From: Gemmatimonadales bacterium
GTDB lineage: Bacteria; Gemmatimonadota; Gemmatimonadetes; Gemmatimonadales; GWC2-71-9
Direction: 5' to 3'
Assembly: GCA_037189525.1 (NCBI GenBank)
Contig: JBBCJC010000002.1
Location: 832,001 to 896,000, forward strand
DNA length: 64,000 bases
In this document: one piece after another, positions 48,763 to 58,492 of the stretch
How the letters are laid out: each line of letters starts with the position of its first letter
Numbering within the stretch: the first letter of the stretch is position 1
The notes under the pieces: generated by a model
What the model saw: only the letters and a program-made list of their open reading frames with translations
Told to the model about the DNA's origin: nothing
Database searches by the model: none
Program-made: the position numbers and the translations under genes

Positions 48763-49467
48763 ATGACCGCACCCGGCGAGACCCTGATCAAGCTCGAAGG
48801 CATCAAGAAGGTGTTCTTCACGGACGAACTCGAGACCCACGCGCTCGCAGACATCCACCTCGGGATCGAAAAGGGCGAGTTCGTCTCGATCTCGGGCCCG
48901 TCGGGCTGCGGTAAGACGACGCTGCTCTCGCTTCTGGGTCTGCTCGACACGCCCACCGGCGGGAAGTACACCCTGGCCGGGCACTCGGTGGAAAGCCTGA
49001 CGCCCTCGGAACGGGCCCGGGTCCGCAACCGCCAGATCGGCTTCATCTTCCAGGCCTTCAATCTGATCGGCGATCTCACCGTATATGAGAACGTCGAACT
49101 CCCGCTCACCTACCGCGGCATGCCGTCGGCGGAGCGGCATCAGCGGGTGGTCGCGGCCCTCGAGCGGGTCGGTATGGCGCATCGGATGAAACACTATCCT
49201 TCGCAGCTTTCGGGCGGTCAGCAGCAGCGCGTGGCCGTGGCTCGTGCCGTCGCCGGCGACCCGGCCATCCTGCTGGCGGACGAGCCGACCGGTAACCTCG
49301 ACTCGCAGAACGGCGAAGCCGTGATGGAGTTGCTCCGCGAGCTGCATCAGGGCGGCGCCACGATCTGCATGGTGACCCACGACGCGCGCTACTCGAAGTG
49401 GGCCGATCGCGAGATTCACCTGTTCGACGGCAAGGTGGTGGAGGAAGAAGAACTGGCCAAGGCCTGA
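48763..49467 (+). CDS. ABC transporter ATP-binding protein (MacB/LolD type)
   Basis: [30 protein letters not shown]. Confidence 0.95.
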   Translation: MTAPGETLIKLEGIKKVFFTDELETHALADIHLGIEKGEFVSISGPSGCGKTTLLSLLGLLDTPTGGKYTLAGHSVESLTPSERARVRNRQIGFIFQAFNLIGDLTVYENVELPLTYRGMPSAERHQRVVAALERVGMAHRMKHYPSQLSGGQQQRVAVARAVAGDPAILLADEPTGNLDSQNGEAVMELLRELHQGGATICMVTHDARYSKWADREIHLFDGKVVEEEELAKA

Positions 49468-49494
49468 CGGCCGCGCAGGCGGCGGGAGTCCCTC

Positions 49495-49721
49495 ATGGTG
49501 AACTTGCGTATCGCGATCCGAGGGTTGACCCGCACGCCTGCCTTCACGGTGGTCGTTGCCCTCTCGCTGGGTGTCGGGTCGGGGCGGTGACCACCTCGCT
49601 TTCCTGGTTCGATGCGTTTCGTGATGCGGCTGCTGTCGGCCGCGGTCGCGCCCGAGCGTCTCGCGGCGGTCGCCCGCAGGCGCGAGGCTGGCCGCGTGCC
49701 CGTCGAGTGCTCAGGGACTGA
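49495..49721 (+). pseudogene. Frameshifted, internally deleted remnant of a MacB/FtsX (ADOP-type) ABC permease
   Basis: GGGAG SD plus MVNLRIAIRGLTRTPAFTVVVALSLGVG, continuing in another frame as VGAVTTSLSWFDAF; stop at 49588-49590; degenerate '...VLRD*' tail. Confidence 0.72.
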
Positions 49722-49766
49722 GCCCGTGGGTAGGCACCAAGTCTCTTCATCCCCTACATTCCGCTC

Positions 49767-50444
49767 ATGATTCAGCTCGCCAATATCGAGAAGTTCTTTC
49801 AGACCGGCCCGACCCGCACCTACGTGCTCCGGCAGGTCAACCTGGAGATCCGTGCCGGAGAGTTCGTCACCGTCATGGGCCCCTCCGGTGCCGGGAAATC
49901 GACCCTGCTCGGCATCCTGGGGATGTTGGACGCCAACTGGAGCGGCGAGTTCTTCTTTCTCGACCACGCAGTGCATGCCATCAAGCCGAAGCACCGGGCC
50001 GAGCTCAACAAGCAGTACATCGGGTTCGTATTCCAGCAATACCATCTGATCGACAGCCTGACCGTCTACGAGAACATCGAGACGCCGCTCACCTACCGCG
50101 ACTACGGTCGCGCCGAGCGGCAGGCCATGGTGGCGGACATTCTCGACCGCTTCCAGATCGTCGGCAAGAAGGACCTGTTCCCGAGCCAGCTCTCCGGCGG
50201 CCAGCAGCAGCTGGTCGGCGTGGCGCGCGCGGTGGTGGCCAAGCCCAAGCTGATCCTCGCCGACGAGCCGACCGGTAACCTGCATTCCGATCAGGCGCGC
50301 GAGATCATGGAGTTGTTCACTCGGCTCAACAGCGAGGGGACCACGATCATCCAGGTGACCCACTCGCTCGAGAATGCCCAATACGGCAACCGGATCATCC
50401 AGCTCAAAGACGGTTGGGTGGTCGGCGAGGAACGGGTGCGATGA
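49767..50444 (+). CDS. ABC transporter ATP-binding protein (MacB/LolD type)
   Basis: [30 protein letters not shown]. Confidence 0.95.
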   Translation: MIQLANIEKFFQTGPTRTYVLRQVNLEIRAGEFVTVMGPSGAGKSTLLGILGMLDANWSGEFFFLDHAVHAIKPKHRAELNKQYIGFVFQQYHLIDSLTVYENIETPLTYRDYGRAERQAMVADILDRFQIVGKKDLFPSQLSGGQQQLVGVARAVVAKPKLILADEPTGNLHSDQAREIMELFTRLNSEGTTIIQVTHSLENAQYGNRIIQLKDGWVVGEERVR

Positions 50445-51814
50445 AGGAGGGGGCTCCGGTCGTCCTGCTCGCCGACGACCAGCCCGACGTGCTGGAGGCC
50501 CTCCGCCTGCTGCTCAAGGCCGAGGGCTTTCTGGTCCAGACGGCGCACGTGCCGGAAGGGGTGATGGCCATCCTCGAACGGAATGTGGTCGACGCCGCCC
50601 TGATCGATCTCAACTACACGCGCGATACCACCTCGGGCCGCGAAGGGCTCGATCTGCTCTCGCGGATCCGCGCCCACGATCCGACGCTTCCTGTCATCGT
50701 GATGACCGCCTGGGGCAGCGTCGATAAAGCCGTCGAAGCCATGCGGTTCGGCGCCCGGGATTTCATCGAGAAGCCCTGGGACAACGCCCGTCTGCTGACG
50801 ACCCTGCGGACCCAGATCGAATTGGCCAGGGCGCTCAGGGCCGCCTCCCGTCTCGAACAGGAAAATCGGCTGCTGCGCAACGAGGGGCTGCCGGACCTGA
50901 TCGCGGAGTCGGCGGTGATGCGGCCGATCCTGCAGGTGATGGAACGGATCGCGCCCAGCGACGCCAACGTGCTGATTACCGGCGAGCACGGGACCGGCAA
51001 AGAAGTGGTCGCGCGCTGGCTCCATGCCGCCTCCCGCCGCGCCGACAAGCCGCTGGTGATCGTCAACGCCGGCGGCCTGCCGGAGGGCGTCTTCGAGAGC
51101 GAGCTCTTCGGGCACGTCAAAGGCGCCTTTACCGATGCCAAGACCGACCGGATCGGGCGCTTCGAGATGGCGAGCGGCGGTACCCTGTTTCTGGACGAGA
51201 TTGCTAATATCGGAATGGCGCAGCAGGCCCGCTTGCTGCGCGTGCTGCAGACCGGAGAGCTCGAGCGGGTCGGCTCGTCCGTGACACGCCGGGTCGATGT
51301 TCGGGTCCTCGCCGCCACCAACGCCAACCTGCAGGCCGAGGTGGCCGCGGGACGGTTCCGCGAAGATCTGCTCTTCCGGCTCAATACCATCGAGATCAGG
51401 CTACCCGGCTTGCGGGAACGCCGCGACGATATCCGGGCCTTGGCAGGGCATTTCCTCGGGCGGTACGGCCAACGCTACCAGCGGCCGCGCACCGGTTTTT
51501 CCGACGAGGCTCTGCAGGCGCTGCTGCGCTATGATTGGCCCGGCAACATCCGCGAACTCGATCACGCCATCGAACGGGCCGTACTGCTCTCGCAGGGAGA
51601 GCGGATCGAGGTCTGGGATCTCGGTCTTCCGCGCCGCGAAGATCGCCCGGCGGGGAGCGAGGGGCCGCAGAGCCTCGACGATCTGGAGCGGGATGCCATC
51701 AAGCAGGCGCTGGCCCGATTTGACGGCAACGTCAGTCTCGCCGCCAAATCGCTCGGCGTCAGTCGCTCGGCGCTCTACCGTCGGCTGCAGCGCTTCGGCT
51801 TGTCTCCCTCCTGA
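50441..51814 (+). CDS. Sigma-54 dependent response regulator (NtrC family; REC-AAA+-Fis HTH)
   Basis: LADD REC, GEHGTGKE, ESELFGHVKGAFTDA, LFLDEI, WPGNIREL, LGVSRSALYRR; ATGA overlap with upstream ATPase. Confidence 0.95.
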   Translation: MKEGAPVVLLADDQPDVLEALRLLLKAEGFLVQTAHVPEGVMAILERNVVDAALIDLNYTRDTTSGREGLDLLSRIRAHDPTLPVIVMTAWGSVDKAVEAMRFGARDFIEKPWDNARLLTTLRTQIELARALRAASRLEQENRLLRNEGLPDLIAESAVMRPILQVMERIAPSDANVLITGEHGTGKEVVARWLHAASRRADKPLVIVNAGGLPEGVFESELFGHVKGAFTDAKTDRIGRFEMASGGTLFLDEIANIGMAQQARLLRVLQTGELERVGSSVTRRVDVRVLAATNANLQAEVAAGRFREDLLFRLNTIEIRLPGLRERRDDIRALAGHFLGRYGQRYQRPRTGFSDEALQALLRYDWPGNIRELDHAIERAVLLSQGERIEVWDLGLPRREDRPAGSEGPQSLDDLERDAIKQALARFDGNVSLAAKSLGVSRSALYRRLQRFGLSPS

Positions 51815-51827
51815 TCTCCCGTCGTAG

Positions 51828-53165
51828 ATGACGCGCCGACTCGCCCCCGACCAGCGGATCCTGCTCTGGGCGCTTGCGGCAGGCGCGCCGGCGTTGGCGG
51901 TCGCGGGGACGTTGCTCTGGCGCGCACCGATCGACGGCCTGGCGCGCTGGACCATCCTGGGCGGGCTCGTTGCCGTCTGGTACTTTGCCGCCCGCACCGC
52001 GCAACTCCGTTTCGTTCGTCCGCTCCAGGTCATTGCCAATATCCTGGCCGGACTCAGGGAAGGGCATTTCACTATCCGCGCCCGGGAGGAAGAGGGTGAC
52101 GACGTCCTGGGGTCGGTCCGTCGCGAGCTCAATGCCCTGGGACAATCGCTCAAGGAACAGCGGCTCGGTGCGCTGGAGGCCGACGCGCTGCTCAAGCGAT
52201 TGATGGAGGAAATCGACGTCGCGGTTTTTGCCTTCGACCCCGAAGGCATGCTCCGGGTCGCCAACAAAGCGGGAGAGCGCCTTCTCGGTCAGCCGATCGA
52301 GCGCCTGCTCGGCCGCACTGCTGCGTATTTGGGTCTCGATGCCTGCCTGACGGGCGAAACCCCTCGGATCGTGCCGCTCGAGGTGGGTGGCGCCGGTGGC
52401 GGGCGCTGGGAACTCCGCCGCCGGAGCTTTCGGCAAGGCGGGCTGCCGCTCGAACTGGTGGTGCTCACCGACCTGAGCCGAGTGCTCCGATCCGAGGAGC
52501 GACAGGTATGGCAACGCCTGGTGCGCGTCCTCAGTCACGAGATCAACAACTCGCTCGCTCCGATCAAGTCGGTGGCCGGGACCCTGACCCAGATGCTCGA
52601 TCGCGATCCGCGGCCGGCCGATTACGAAGAGGATCTTCGGCGCGGTCTCGAGGTGGTCGCGGCCCGATCCGATTCCCTCAATCGATTCATGGGGTCGTAT
52701 GCCCGGCTGGCGAAGCTTCCTCCGCCGACGCCTCGGCCGATGCGCGTCCTGGATTGGGTCAGCCGGGTCGTGCTGCTCGAACAGCGGCAGCAGGTCCGCA
52801 TCCTGCCCGGGCCCGATGTCACCATCATTGCCGACGGCGATCAACTCGACCAGGTGCTGATCAACCTGGTCAAGAACGCCGTCGAAGCCAGTGGCCCTGC
52901 CGGCGGGGCCGTCGAAGTCAGCTGGACGGAAACCGGTTCCTGGTTCGAGATGGTGGTGCGCGACGAAGGGCCGGGACTGGCCTCGACCACCAACCTCTTC
53001 GTCCCGTTTTACACCACCAAGCCCAGTGGAACGGGGGTCGGGCTCGTCTTCTCGCGCCAGGTCGTCGAGGCCCACGGCGGCCATCTGACCCTGACCAACC
53101 GTAGCGATCGCACCGGTGCTGAAGCGAGGATCGCCCTGCCGAAACGTCCCTCCGAAGGTGCCTAG
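51828..53165 (+). CDS. Membrane sensor histidine kinase (HAMP-PAS-HisKA-HATPase)
   Basis: Two N-terminal TM segments; LSHEINNSLAPI, NLVKNA, DEGPG, FYTTK, GTGVGL. Confidence 0.93.
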   Translation: MTRRLAPDQRILLWALAAGAPALAVAGTLLWRAPIDGLARWTILGGLVAVWYFAARTAQLRFVRPLQVIANILAGLREGHFTIRAREEEGDDVLGSVRRELNALGQSLKEQRLGALEADALLKRLMEEIDVAVFAFDPEGMLRVANKAGERLLGQPIERLLGRTAAYLGLDACLTGETPRIVPLEVGGAGGGRWELRRRSFRQGGLPLELVVLTDLSRVLRSEERQVWQRLVRVLSHEINNSLAPIKSVAGTLTQMLDRDPRPADYEEDLRRGLEVVAARSDSLNRFMGSYARLAKLPPPTPRPMRVLDWVSRVVLLEQRQQVRILPGPDVTIIADGDQLDQVLINLVKNAVEASGPAGGAVEVSWTETGSWFEMVVRDEGPGLASTTNLFVPFYTTKPSGTGVGLVFSRQVVEAHGGHLTLTNRSDRTGAEARIALPKRPSEGA

Positions 53166-53266
53166 CCGGATCTCGCCGCTTGCGGTAGCTTAGAAGGTTG
53201 GGTCTGCTGCGGTCTGGTTTGGTAACTCATTTTCTGACAACGGTTTGCGGAGTAGGTCTGGGTGGA

Positions 53267-53584
53267 ATGGATCCGGTAATAACGCTGGGCGGATACATGG
53301 CAAAGCACGAGCGGGCGGCTGCCTTTGGTGGGGTGGACGGCCACGCCTATAGCTGTGCGGTGTACGTCGCGGAGGAGCCGGATGACCGGGGTCGCTTCGG
53401 GGCCGCGCTGCTCTTCGTGCGATGGGATCCGACCGGCCACCACCCCGCCGGGCATGTCGAAACGGATTACCTGGTCTTCGGCGAGTCGCGGGAGATGGCG
53501 GAACAGCGGATCGGCGCGCTCTCGCTCTTCGACGTCAAAGCCGCGCTCGACGAAGCCATCAGCGCTCGGCCGGAGGGCTGGTAG
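53267..53584 (+). CDS. Hypothetical protein coupled to rsgA
   Basis: Natural-looking composition; stop overlaps the rsgA GTG start; start codon uncertain. Confidence 0.6.
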   Translation: MDPVITLGGYMAKHERAAAFGGVDGHAYSCAVYVAEEPDDRGRFGAALLFVRWDPTGHHPAGHVETDYLVFGESREMAEQRIGALSLFDVKAALDEAISARPEGW

Positions 53585-54489
53585 TGCCGCGGCGAGGCTT
53601 GGTGCTGGCGCGGTCGGGCTCGACCTACCGTGTCGCCACGGCCACCGGTGAAGTGGACGCGGTCCTGCGCGGCAAAGTGAAGCGCGACGATGTCGATCGC
53701 GTGGTTGCCGGCGATCAGGTGCTGCTCGACGCCGTCGATCGCCAGGGGGTGGCGGGAATCATCGGGACGGAGCCGCGTCGCAACATCCTGGAACGGAGCA
53801 ATCCGACCGGACGTCGCAGTCGCCCGATTGCGGCCAACCTCGATCGCGTGCTGGTACTCACCGCGGTCACCCATCCGGCGCCCAACCTGGGCCTGCTCGA
53901 TCGCCTGCTGGTCATTGCCGAAGCGAACGACATTCCGGCGGGAGTCGTCATCACCAAGATCGATCTCGATACTCATGCCGACTTGAGTCTCCGCTTTCGG
54001 AACGCCGGGTATCAGGTCTGGCCCGTCAGCGTCCGGACCGGCGAAGGAATTGCGGAGCTGACAGAGACGATTCGCGGTCACGTTACCTTGCTCACGGGAC
54101 CGTCGGGTGTCGGCAAGACGAGCCTGCTCAATCGGATTCAGCCGGGGCTGGGCCTCCGGACCGGAGCCCTCTCCGCCAAGATCGGCCGCGGTCGCAACAC
54201 GACGGTGAGCGCCGTGATGGTGCCGCTCGAGGGTGGCGGCTATCTGGTCGACACGCCCGGTTTCAGCGACGTCGGGCTCTGGGCGGCCGAGCCGCGCGAG
54301 TTGATCCACTGTTTTCCCGAGATGGGCAAACTCGTCGCGCAGTGCAAGTTCCCCGATTGTCATCATCTGTCGGAGCCCGGGTGCGCCGTCCGCGAGGCGG
54401 TCGAACTGGGCAATGTCGACGCGGGCCGCTACGAGAGCTTCAAACAACTGCGTGCCGAGCTGACGTCGGCGCCGCGTCACTGGGAATAA
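53584..54489 (+). CDS. rsgA: Ribosome small subunit-dependent GTPase A
   Basis: Circularly permuted GTPase TKID, GPSGVGKT, GRNTT, DTPG; zinc finger CKFPDCHHLSEPGC. Confidence 0.95.
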   Translation: MPRRGLVLARSGSTYRVATATGEVDAVLRGKVKRDDVDRVVAGDQVLLDAVDRQGVAGIIGTEPRRNILERSNPTGRRSRPIAANLDRVLVLTAVTHPAPNLGLLDRLLVIAEANDIPAGVVITKIDLDTHADLSLRFRNAGYQVWPVSVRTGEGIAELTETIRGHVTLLTGPSGVGKTSLLNRIQPGLGLRTGALSAKIGRGRNTTVSAVMVPLEGGGYLVDTPGFSDVGLWAAEPRELIHCFPEMGKLVAQCKFPDCHHLSEPGCAVREAVELGNVDAGRYESFKQLRAELTSAPRHWE

Positions 54490-54514
54490 CCGTATCACCG
54501 TTCGAGGGGGCACA

Positions 54515-55963
54515 ATGAGGCGAAGCGGGTGGCTCGTTCTGGCACTGGCGGGCGCCGCCGGTTGCGCATCTGGCGGCGAAAATCATGACGTCGTGATCAC
54601 GGGCGGGCGGGTGATCGATCCGGAATCGGGTCTCGACGGCATCCGGTCGGTCGGCATTCGCGGCGGCAAGGTCATCACGATTGCAACCGGTGAGTTGACC
54701 GGCGCCAAGGTCATCGACGCGACGGGTCTGGTGGTGGCGCCCGGCTTCATCGATCTCCATGTGCACGGACAGGACGACGAGAACTACCGGACCATGGCGC
54801 TCGACGGAGTGACCACCGCGCTCGAGCTCGAAGTCGGCACCGAGGATGTGCCCGGCTTCTACGCGAGCCGCGAGGGCAAGGCGCTCATCAACTACGGCGC
54901 GAGCGTCGGCCACATCCGGACCCGGATGGCCGTGATGGGCGACCAGGGACCGTTTCTGCCCATCGGACCTGGTGGCCGCCAGGCCGCATCCGACGCCGAG
55001 ATCACCGAGATGCGGAACCGGATCGACGCGGGCCTGAGCCAGGGAGCGTTAGGCGTCGGGTTCGGTCTCCAGTACACACCCGCCGCAACCAAGTGGGAAG
55101 TGCTGGAGATGTTCCGCGCCGCCGCCAAATATGGCGCGCCGGCGCTGGTCCACACCCGCTCCTGGGGCACCACCGATCCCGGCAGCAGTGTCGAGTCGTA
55201 CCTCGAAGTCATTGCGGCCGCCGCCGTGACCGGTGCGCCGCTCCATTTCCATCACTTGAACAGCACCAGCCTCGAGTCGACGCCGCGGACCCTGCAGGTC
55301 GTCGAAGAAGCGCGGGCGCGGGGTCTCCAGGTGACGGCCGAGGCCTATCCGTACAGCGCGGGGATGACCGACATCAGCTCGCCGCTGCTCGATCAGTTCG
55401 AGAACGCCCCGGATTCGGTGTACGGGAAGATGCAGCTCGTCTCCACCGGTGAACGGCTGACCCGACAGACCTTCCGCGCTAATCGGAAGCCGGGTGTGGC
55501 CGTGATCCTCCATCTCAACTCGCCGGAAATGGAGGCGCTCGCCATGAAGAGCCCCTTCACGGCGATTGCCAGCGACGGACGGCTGTTCAACGGCCTGGGT
55601 CATCCCCGCAGCGCCGGGACCCGCGGACGGCTCTTCGGCCACTATGTGCGGGAGACCAAGCAGATCGAACTGGCCGACGCGATCCGGAAGGCGGCGCTGC
55701 TTCCTGCGCAGATCCTGGAGGGCCTGGCGCCGGCGTTTGCCGCGAAGGGGCGCATCAAAGTCGGCGCCGATGCCGACCTGGTCCTCTTCGACCCCGCGAC
55801 CGTGACCGATCGCTCGACCTATCAGCAGCCGAATCTGACCAGTGAAGGATTCAGGCACGTCCTGATCGGCGGTGTGCCGGTCGTGGAGGGCGGCGAGGTG
55901 GTGAGCGGTGTGCTGCCCGGCAAGGGCATTCGCGGCACCGGTCAGCCCAAGGCGGCCCAGTAG
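54515..55963 (+). CDS. Amidohydrolase, D-aminoacylase/dihydroorotase-like; predicted lipoprotein
   Basis: Lipobox AAG-C; PGFIDLHVH, EAYPY, IASDG, HPRSAGT, DADLVLFDP. Confidence 0.88.
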   Translation: MRRSGWLVLALAGAAGCASGGENHDVVITGGRVIDPESGLDGIRSVGIRGGKVITIATGELTGAKVIDATGLVVAPGFIDLHVHGQDDENYRTMALDGVTTALELEVGTEDVPGFYASREGKALINYGASVGHIRTRMAVMGDQGPFLPIGPGGRQAASDAEITEMRNRIDAGLSQGALGVGFGLQYTPAATKWEVLEMFRAAAKYGAPALVHTRSWGTTDPGSSVESYLEVIAAAAVTGAPLHFHHLNSTSLESTPRTLQVVEEARARGLQVTAEAYPYSAGMTDISSPLLDQFENAPDSVYGKMQLVSTGERLTRQTFRANRKPGVAVILHLNSPEMEALAMKSPFTAIASDGRLFNGLGHPRSAGTRGRLFGHYVRETKQIELADAIRKAALLPAQILEGLAPAFAAKGRIKVGADADLVLFDPATVTDRSTYQQPNLTSEGFRHVLIGGVPVVEGGEVVSGVLPGKGIRGTGQPKAAQ

Positions 55964-55993
55964 CCGGCCGCAAACGTTTGGAGCGGGCGGCGG

Positions 55994-57124
55994 TTAGATC
56001 CCGACGGTTTCGCCGACGCCCGCTCGGAGCGTGCGCCAGAGAAATTTGAGTAGCGGCATGTCGTCCGGACGTTCGACCCGGATGAAGGCCGTCATGGCCG
56101 GTTCTTCGGGCTTGGGGTTATCGACCCGGAGCGCGAAGGTGTTGGAGATGAAGCTCTCCAGGTGATCGCCCAGCGACCGGCCACGCGTGACTTTGTCGAG
56201 CGTCGCAATCCGCAGGTCCCGATATCGCGCCTGCAGGCGCCCCGTCGCCACATCGTCTTCGACCGCGACACGAAACCAGAGCGTGTCGACGACGCCTCCG
56301 GTTATCCGCACCCCTTCGAGATCGACCGTCATGGTGTTGAGGATGGTCGGCTCGAAACGCCCCACGCCACCTTCGTAGCGCATCGAGAGTCCCGGGGCGA
56401 ACATGTCGTACTGCATCGTCGAATGGACCAGCCCGGTCCCGGCCGCCGCAAATCGGAGATCGATGGTCGCGGGTTGCTGGCCCCGATCCCGCTGGTTGGT
56501 GATGTTGTCGATCTCCAGCTGAATGTCCGCGAATTCGAATCGGCCATACCGGGCTCCGTCGTTGGCTCGCTCCCGATAGCGCAGATTCCCGTCCGACAAC
56601 TCCAGCCGGCCGATCGACACCGCCGTCTCGATCTGCTGCAACGCCAGGTGGGGAAGCACCGGGCCCGCGCCCTCCCGCTTCGGGATCTGCCGATCGAGCG
56701 AGATCCCGATGTCGGGCGCGGTGATGATGAGCTGGTCCGCGTCGACCGCGCGGCGCAGCAGGGCGCCGAGCCGGATGCCGGTTATTTCGAGCTGCCGAAT
56801 ATGGACGGTATAGAGGTCGCGGGGCGCCGCCTTTTCGCTCTGCAACTCCGCCAGGCGCGCACTGTCGAGGTGGAGTTGGACATCGGTGGCACGGTAGCGA
56901 CCCTCCAGCAGGTCCAGCGACGAAGTACCGATCGAGACCCGGTAGAGGCCGGCCGACGATGCCGTCAGGCTGCGATTGATGCGGGCCTCGAGCGCTTCCG
57001 GCTTCGCTTGCCCCGCAATGACACGCTCGGCAATCACGCCAAGCGCCACCAGGATCGCGAGGATGATGGCAATCCAGAACCACAGCCGGGTGCGACGGCT
57101 GGCTGCGCGTTTGGGTTCGTCCAC
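55994..57124 (-). CDS. Membrane-anchored beta-rich hypothetical protein (DUF748/AsmA-like)
   Basis: Single N-terminal TM (LWFWIAIILAILVALGVIA), beta-strand-rich body, C-terminal FLWRTLRAG helix; GTG start inferred. Confidence 0.6.
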   Translation of the reverse strand: MDEPKRAASRRTRLWFWIAIILAILVALGVIAERVIAGQAKPEALEARINRSLTASSAGLYRVSIGTSSLDLLEGRYRATDVQLHLDSARLAELQSEKAAPRDLYTVHIRQLEITGIRLGALLRRAVDADQLIITAPDIGISLDRQIPKREGAGPVLPHLALQQIETAVSIGRLELSDGNLRYRERANDGARYGRFEFADIQLEIDNITNQRDRGQQPATIDLRFAAAGTGLVHSTMQYDMFAPGLSMRYEGGVGRFEPTILNTMTVDLEGVRITGGVVDTLWFRVAVEDDVATGRLQARYRDLRIATLDKVTRGRSLGDHLESFISNTFALRVDNPKPEEPAMTAFIRVERPDDMPLLKFLWRTLRAGVGETVGI

Positions 57125-57228
57125 GGTACGCCCCCGGTTGTTCCGAGCCTGGCCGGCCGCACGGAGGGGTCCGTGCGGCCTGTATCCAAGGGAGACGTAG
57201 TTGAGGTGCCGGCCTGCACGGCCGGCGG

Positions 57229-57573
57229 TCAGGAGGCTGGCGGGTTCTTGAGGGTCCAGCGGGTGGTGTCGCGCGTATCGACTTTGGCCATCATCCGGTC
57301 GAACGCCTCCTGCAGATCGATCTTTTCCCGATTGGCCATGCAGATCAGGACGAACATGATATCGGCCATTTCCATCCCGAGGTCGCCCTCGGGTTCGGAA
57401 CGTTTTTTCGTCTTCTGGCCGAAGCGATGGTTCACTTCCCGCGCCAGTTCGCCCACTTCCTCGGCCAGCCGGGCAAGGTTGGTGAGCGGATGGAAATAGC
57501 CTTCTTCGAACTGTGAGATCCAGGCGTCGACCCGCTGCTGGCATTCGGCCAGCGTCGATCCACACCCGCTCAC
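57229..57573 (-). CDS. MazG-like nucleotide pyrophosphohydrolase (YpjD type)
   Basis: YFHPLTNLARLAEEVGELAREVNH, EMAD, RDTTRW; GTG start after AAGGA. Confidence 0.88.
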   Translation of the reverse strand: MSGCGSTLAECQQRVDAWISQFEEGYFHPLTNLARLAEEVGELAREVNHRFGQKTKKRSEPEGDLGMEMADIMFVLICMANREKIDLQEAFDRMMAKVDTRDTTRWTLKNPPAS

Positions 57574-57611
57574 GGTGTCGGTCCTTGATGGCGAGTAGTC
57601 ACAGACATGCC

Positions 57612-58133
57612 TCAGGTAGCCTGCAAGGCGCGGATCAGCGCTTTGCAGAAGACGGGAAGGTCGGCCGGGGTGCGGGAGGAGATCAGATTGCCGTCGACCA
57701 CGACCGGACTGTCTTCCCACAGCATCCCGGCATTCTCGAGGTCGTCCCGGATGGCGCCGACGCTGGTTCCGCGCTTGCCACGCACGATCTTGGCGGAGAT
57801 CGGTACCCAGCCGGCGTGGCAGATGAAGGCGACCGGTTTGCCGGCGTCGCAAATTTCCTTGGTGAGCGACAAGACTTTGGCCGATCGGCGCAGCTTGTCA
57901 GGCGCGAATCCACCCGGAATCACCAGTGCATCGAACTCGGCAGCGGACAACGAGTCCACGTCGGTGTCGACGGTGATGGGGTAGCCGTTTTTGCCCTGGT
58001 AGGTCTTCTCCCCCAGGCCGGCGACCACCGCGGTGGCCCCCTCCTCCTCGAGGCGGATCTTGGGGTACCAGAGCTCGAGATCCTCATAATGGGCTGCGGC
58101 GAAAATCAGCACGCGTTTACCGGCAAGCGACAT
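57612..58133 (-). CDS. DJ-1/PfpI family protein
   Basis: YEDLE, IPGGFAPD, ICHAG nucleophile elbow, SSRTPADL. Confidence 0.92.
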   Translation of the reverse strand: MSLAGKRVLIFAAAHYEDLELWYPKIRLEEEGATAVVAGLGEKTYQGKNGYPITVDTDVDSLSAAEFDALVIPGGFAPDKLRRSAKVLSLTKEICDAGKPVAFICHAGWVPISAKIVRGKRGTSVGAIRDDLENAGMLWEDSPVVVDGNLISSRTPADLPVFCKALIRALQAT

Positions 58134-58233
58134 GGCGTCCTCCACGGGCGTTGGTGCGGTATCTTTCGGGGCGCGGCCCAATTCTAACCGATTCGACCGG
58201 TCGACCCCGTCCTCCATCAGGATAGTGCCATCT

Positions 58234-58479
58234 ATGCGTTCGCGTGACCAGATCCTTGCCAACCTCGAGGCCATCTATCGGGAGTCGTTCCAGCGGGCGC
58301 AGGAAAGCGGCGATCCGGCCCGGATGGCCGACCTGGACTGCGCTTACGTGCGGGATCAGCTCACCATGGAAATTTTGCTCGACGTGCGTGATCTGTTCTC
58401 GGTGGCCCCCGCCGCCAAGTCGGGGGGGACCGCGCTCGAGAAGCTGGAGGCGATCCGCCGTTTCACCAAGATCCGCTGA
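58234..58479 (+). CDS. Small helical hypothetical protein
   Basis: 81-aa amphipathic ORF MRSRDQILANLEAIYRESF..., co-oriented with the downstream amidohydrolase. Confidence 0.6.
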   Translation: MRSRDQILANLEAIYRESFQRAQESGDPARMADLDCAYVRDQLTMEILLDVRDLFSVAPAAKSGGTALEKLEAIRRFTKIR

Positions 58480-58492
58480 TCCGGGAGTTCCC

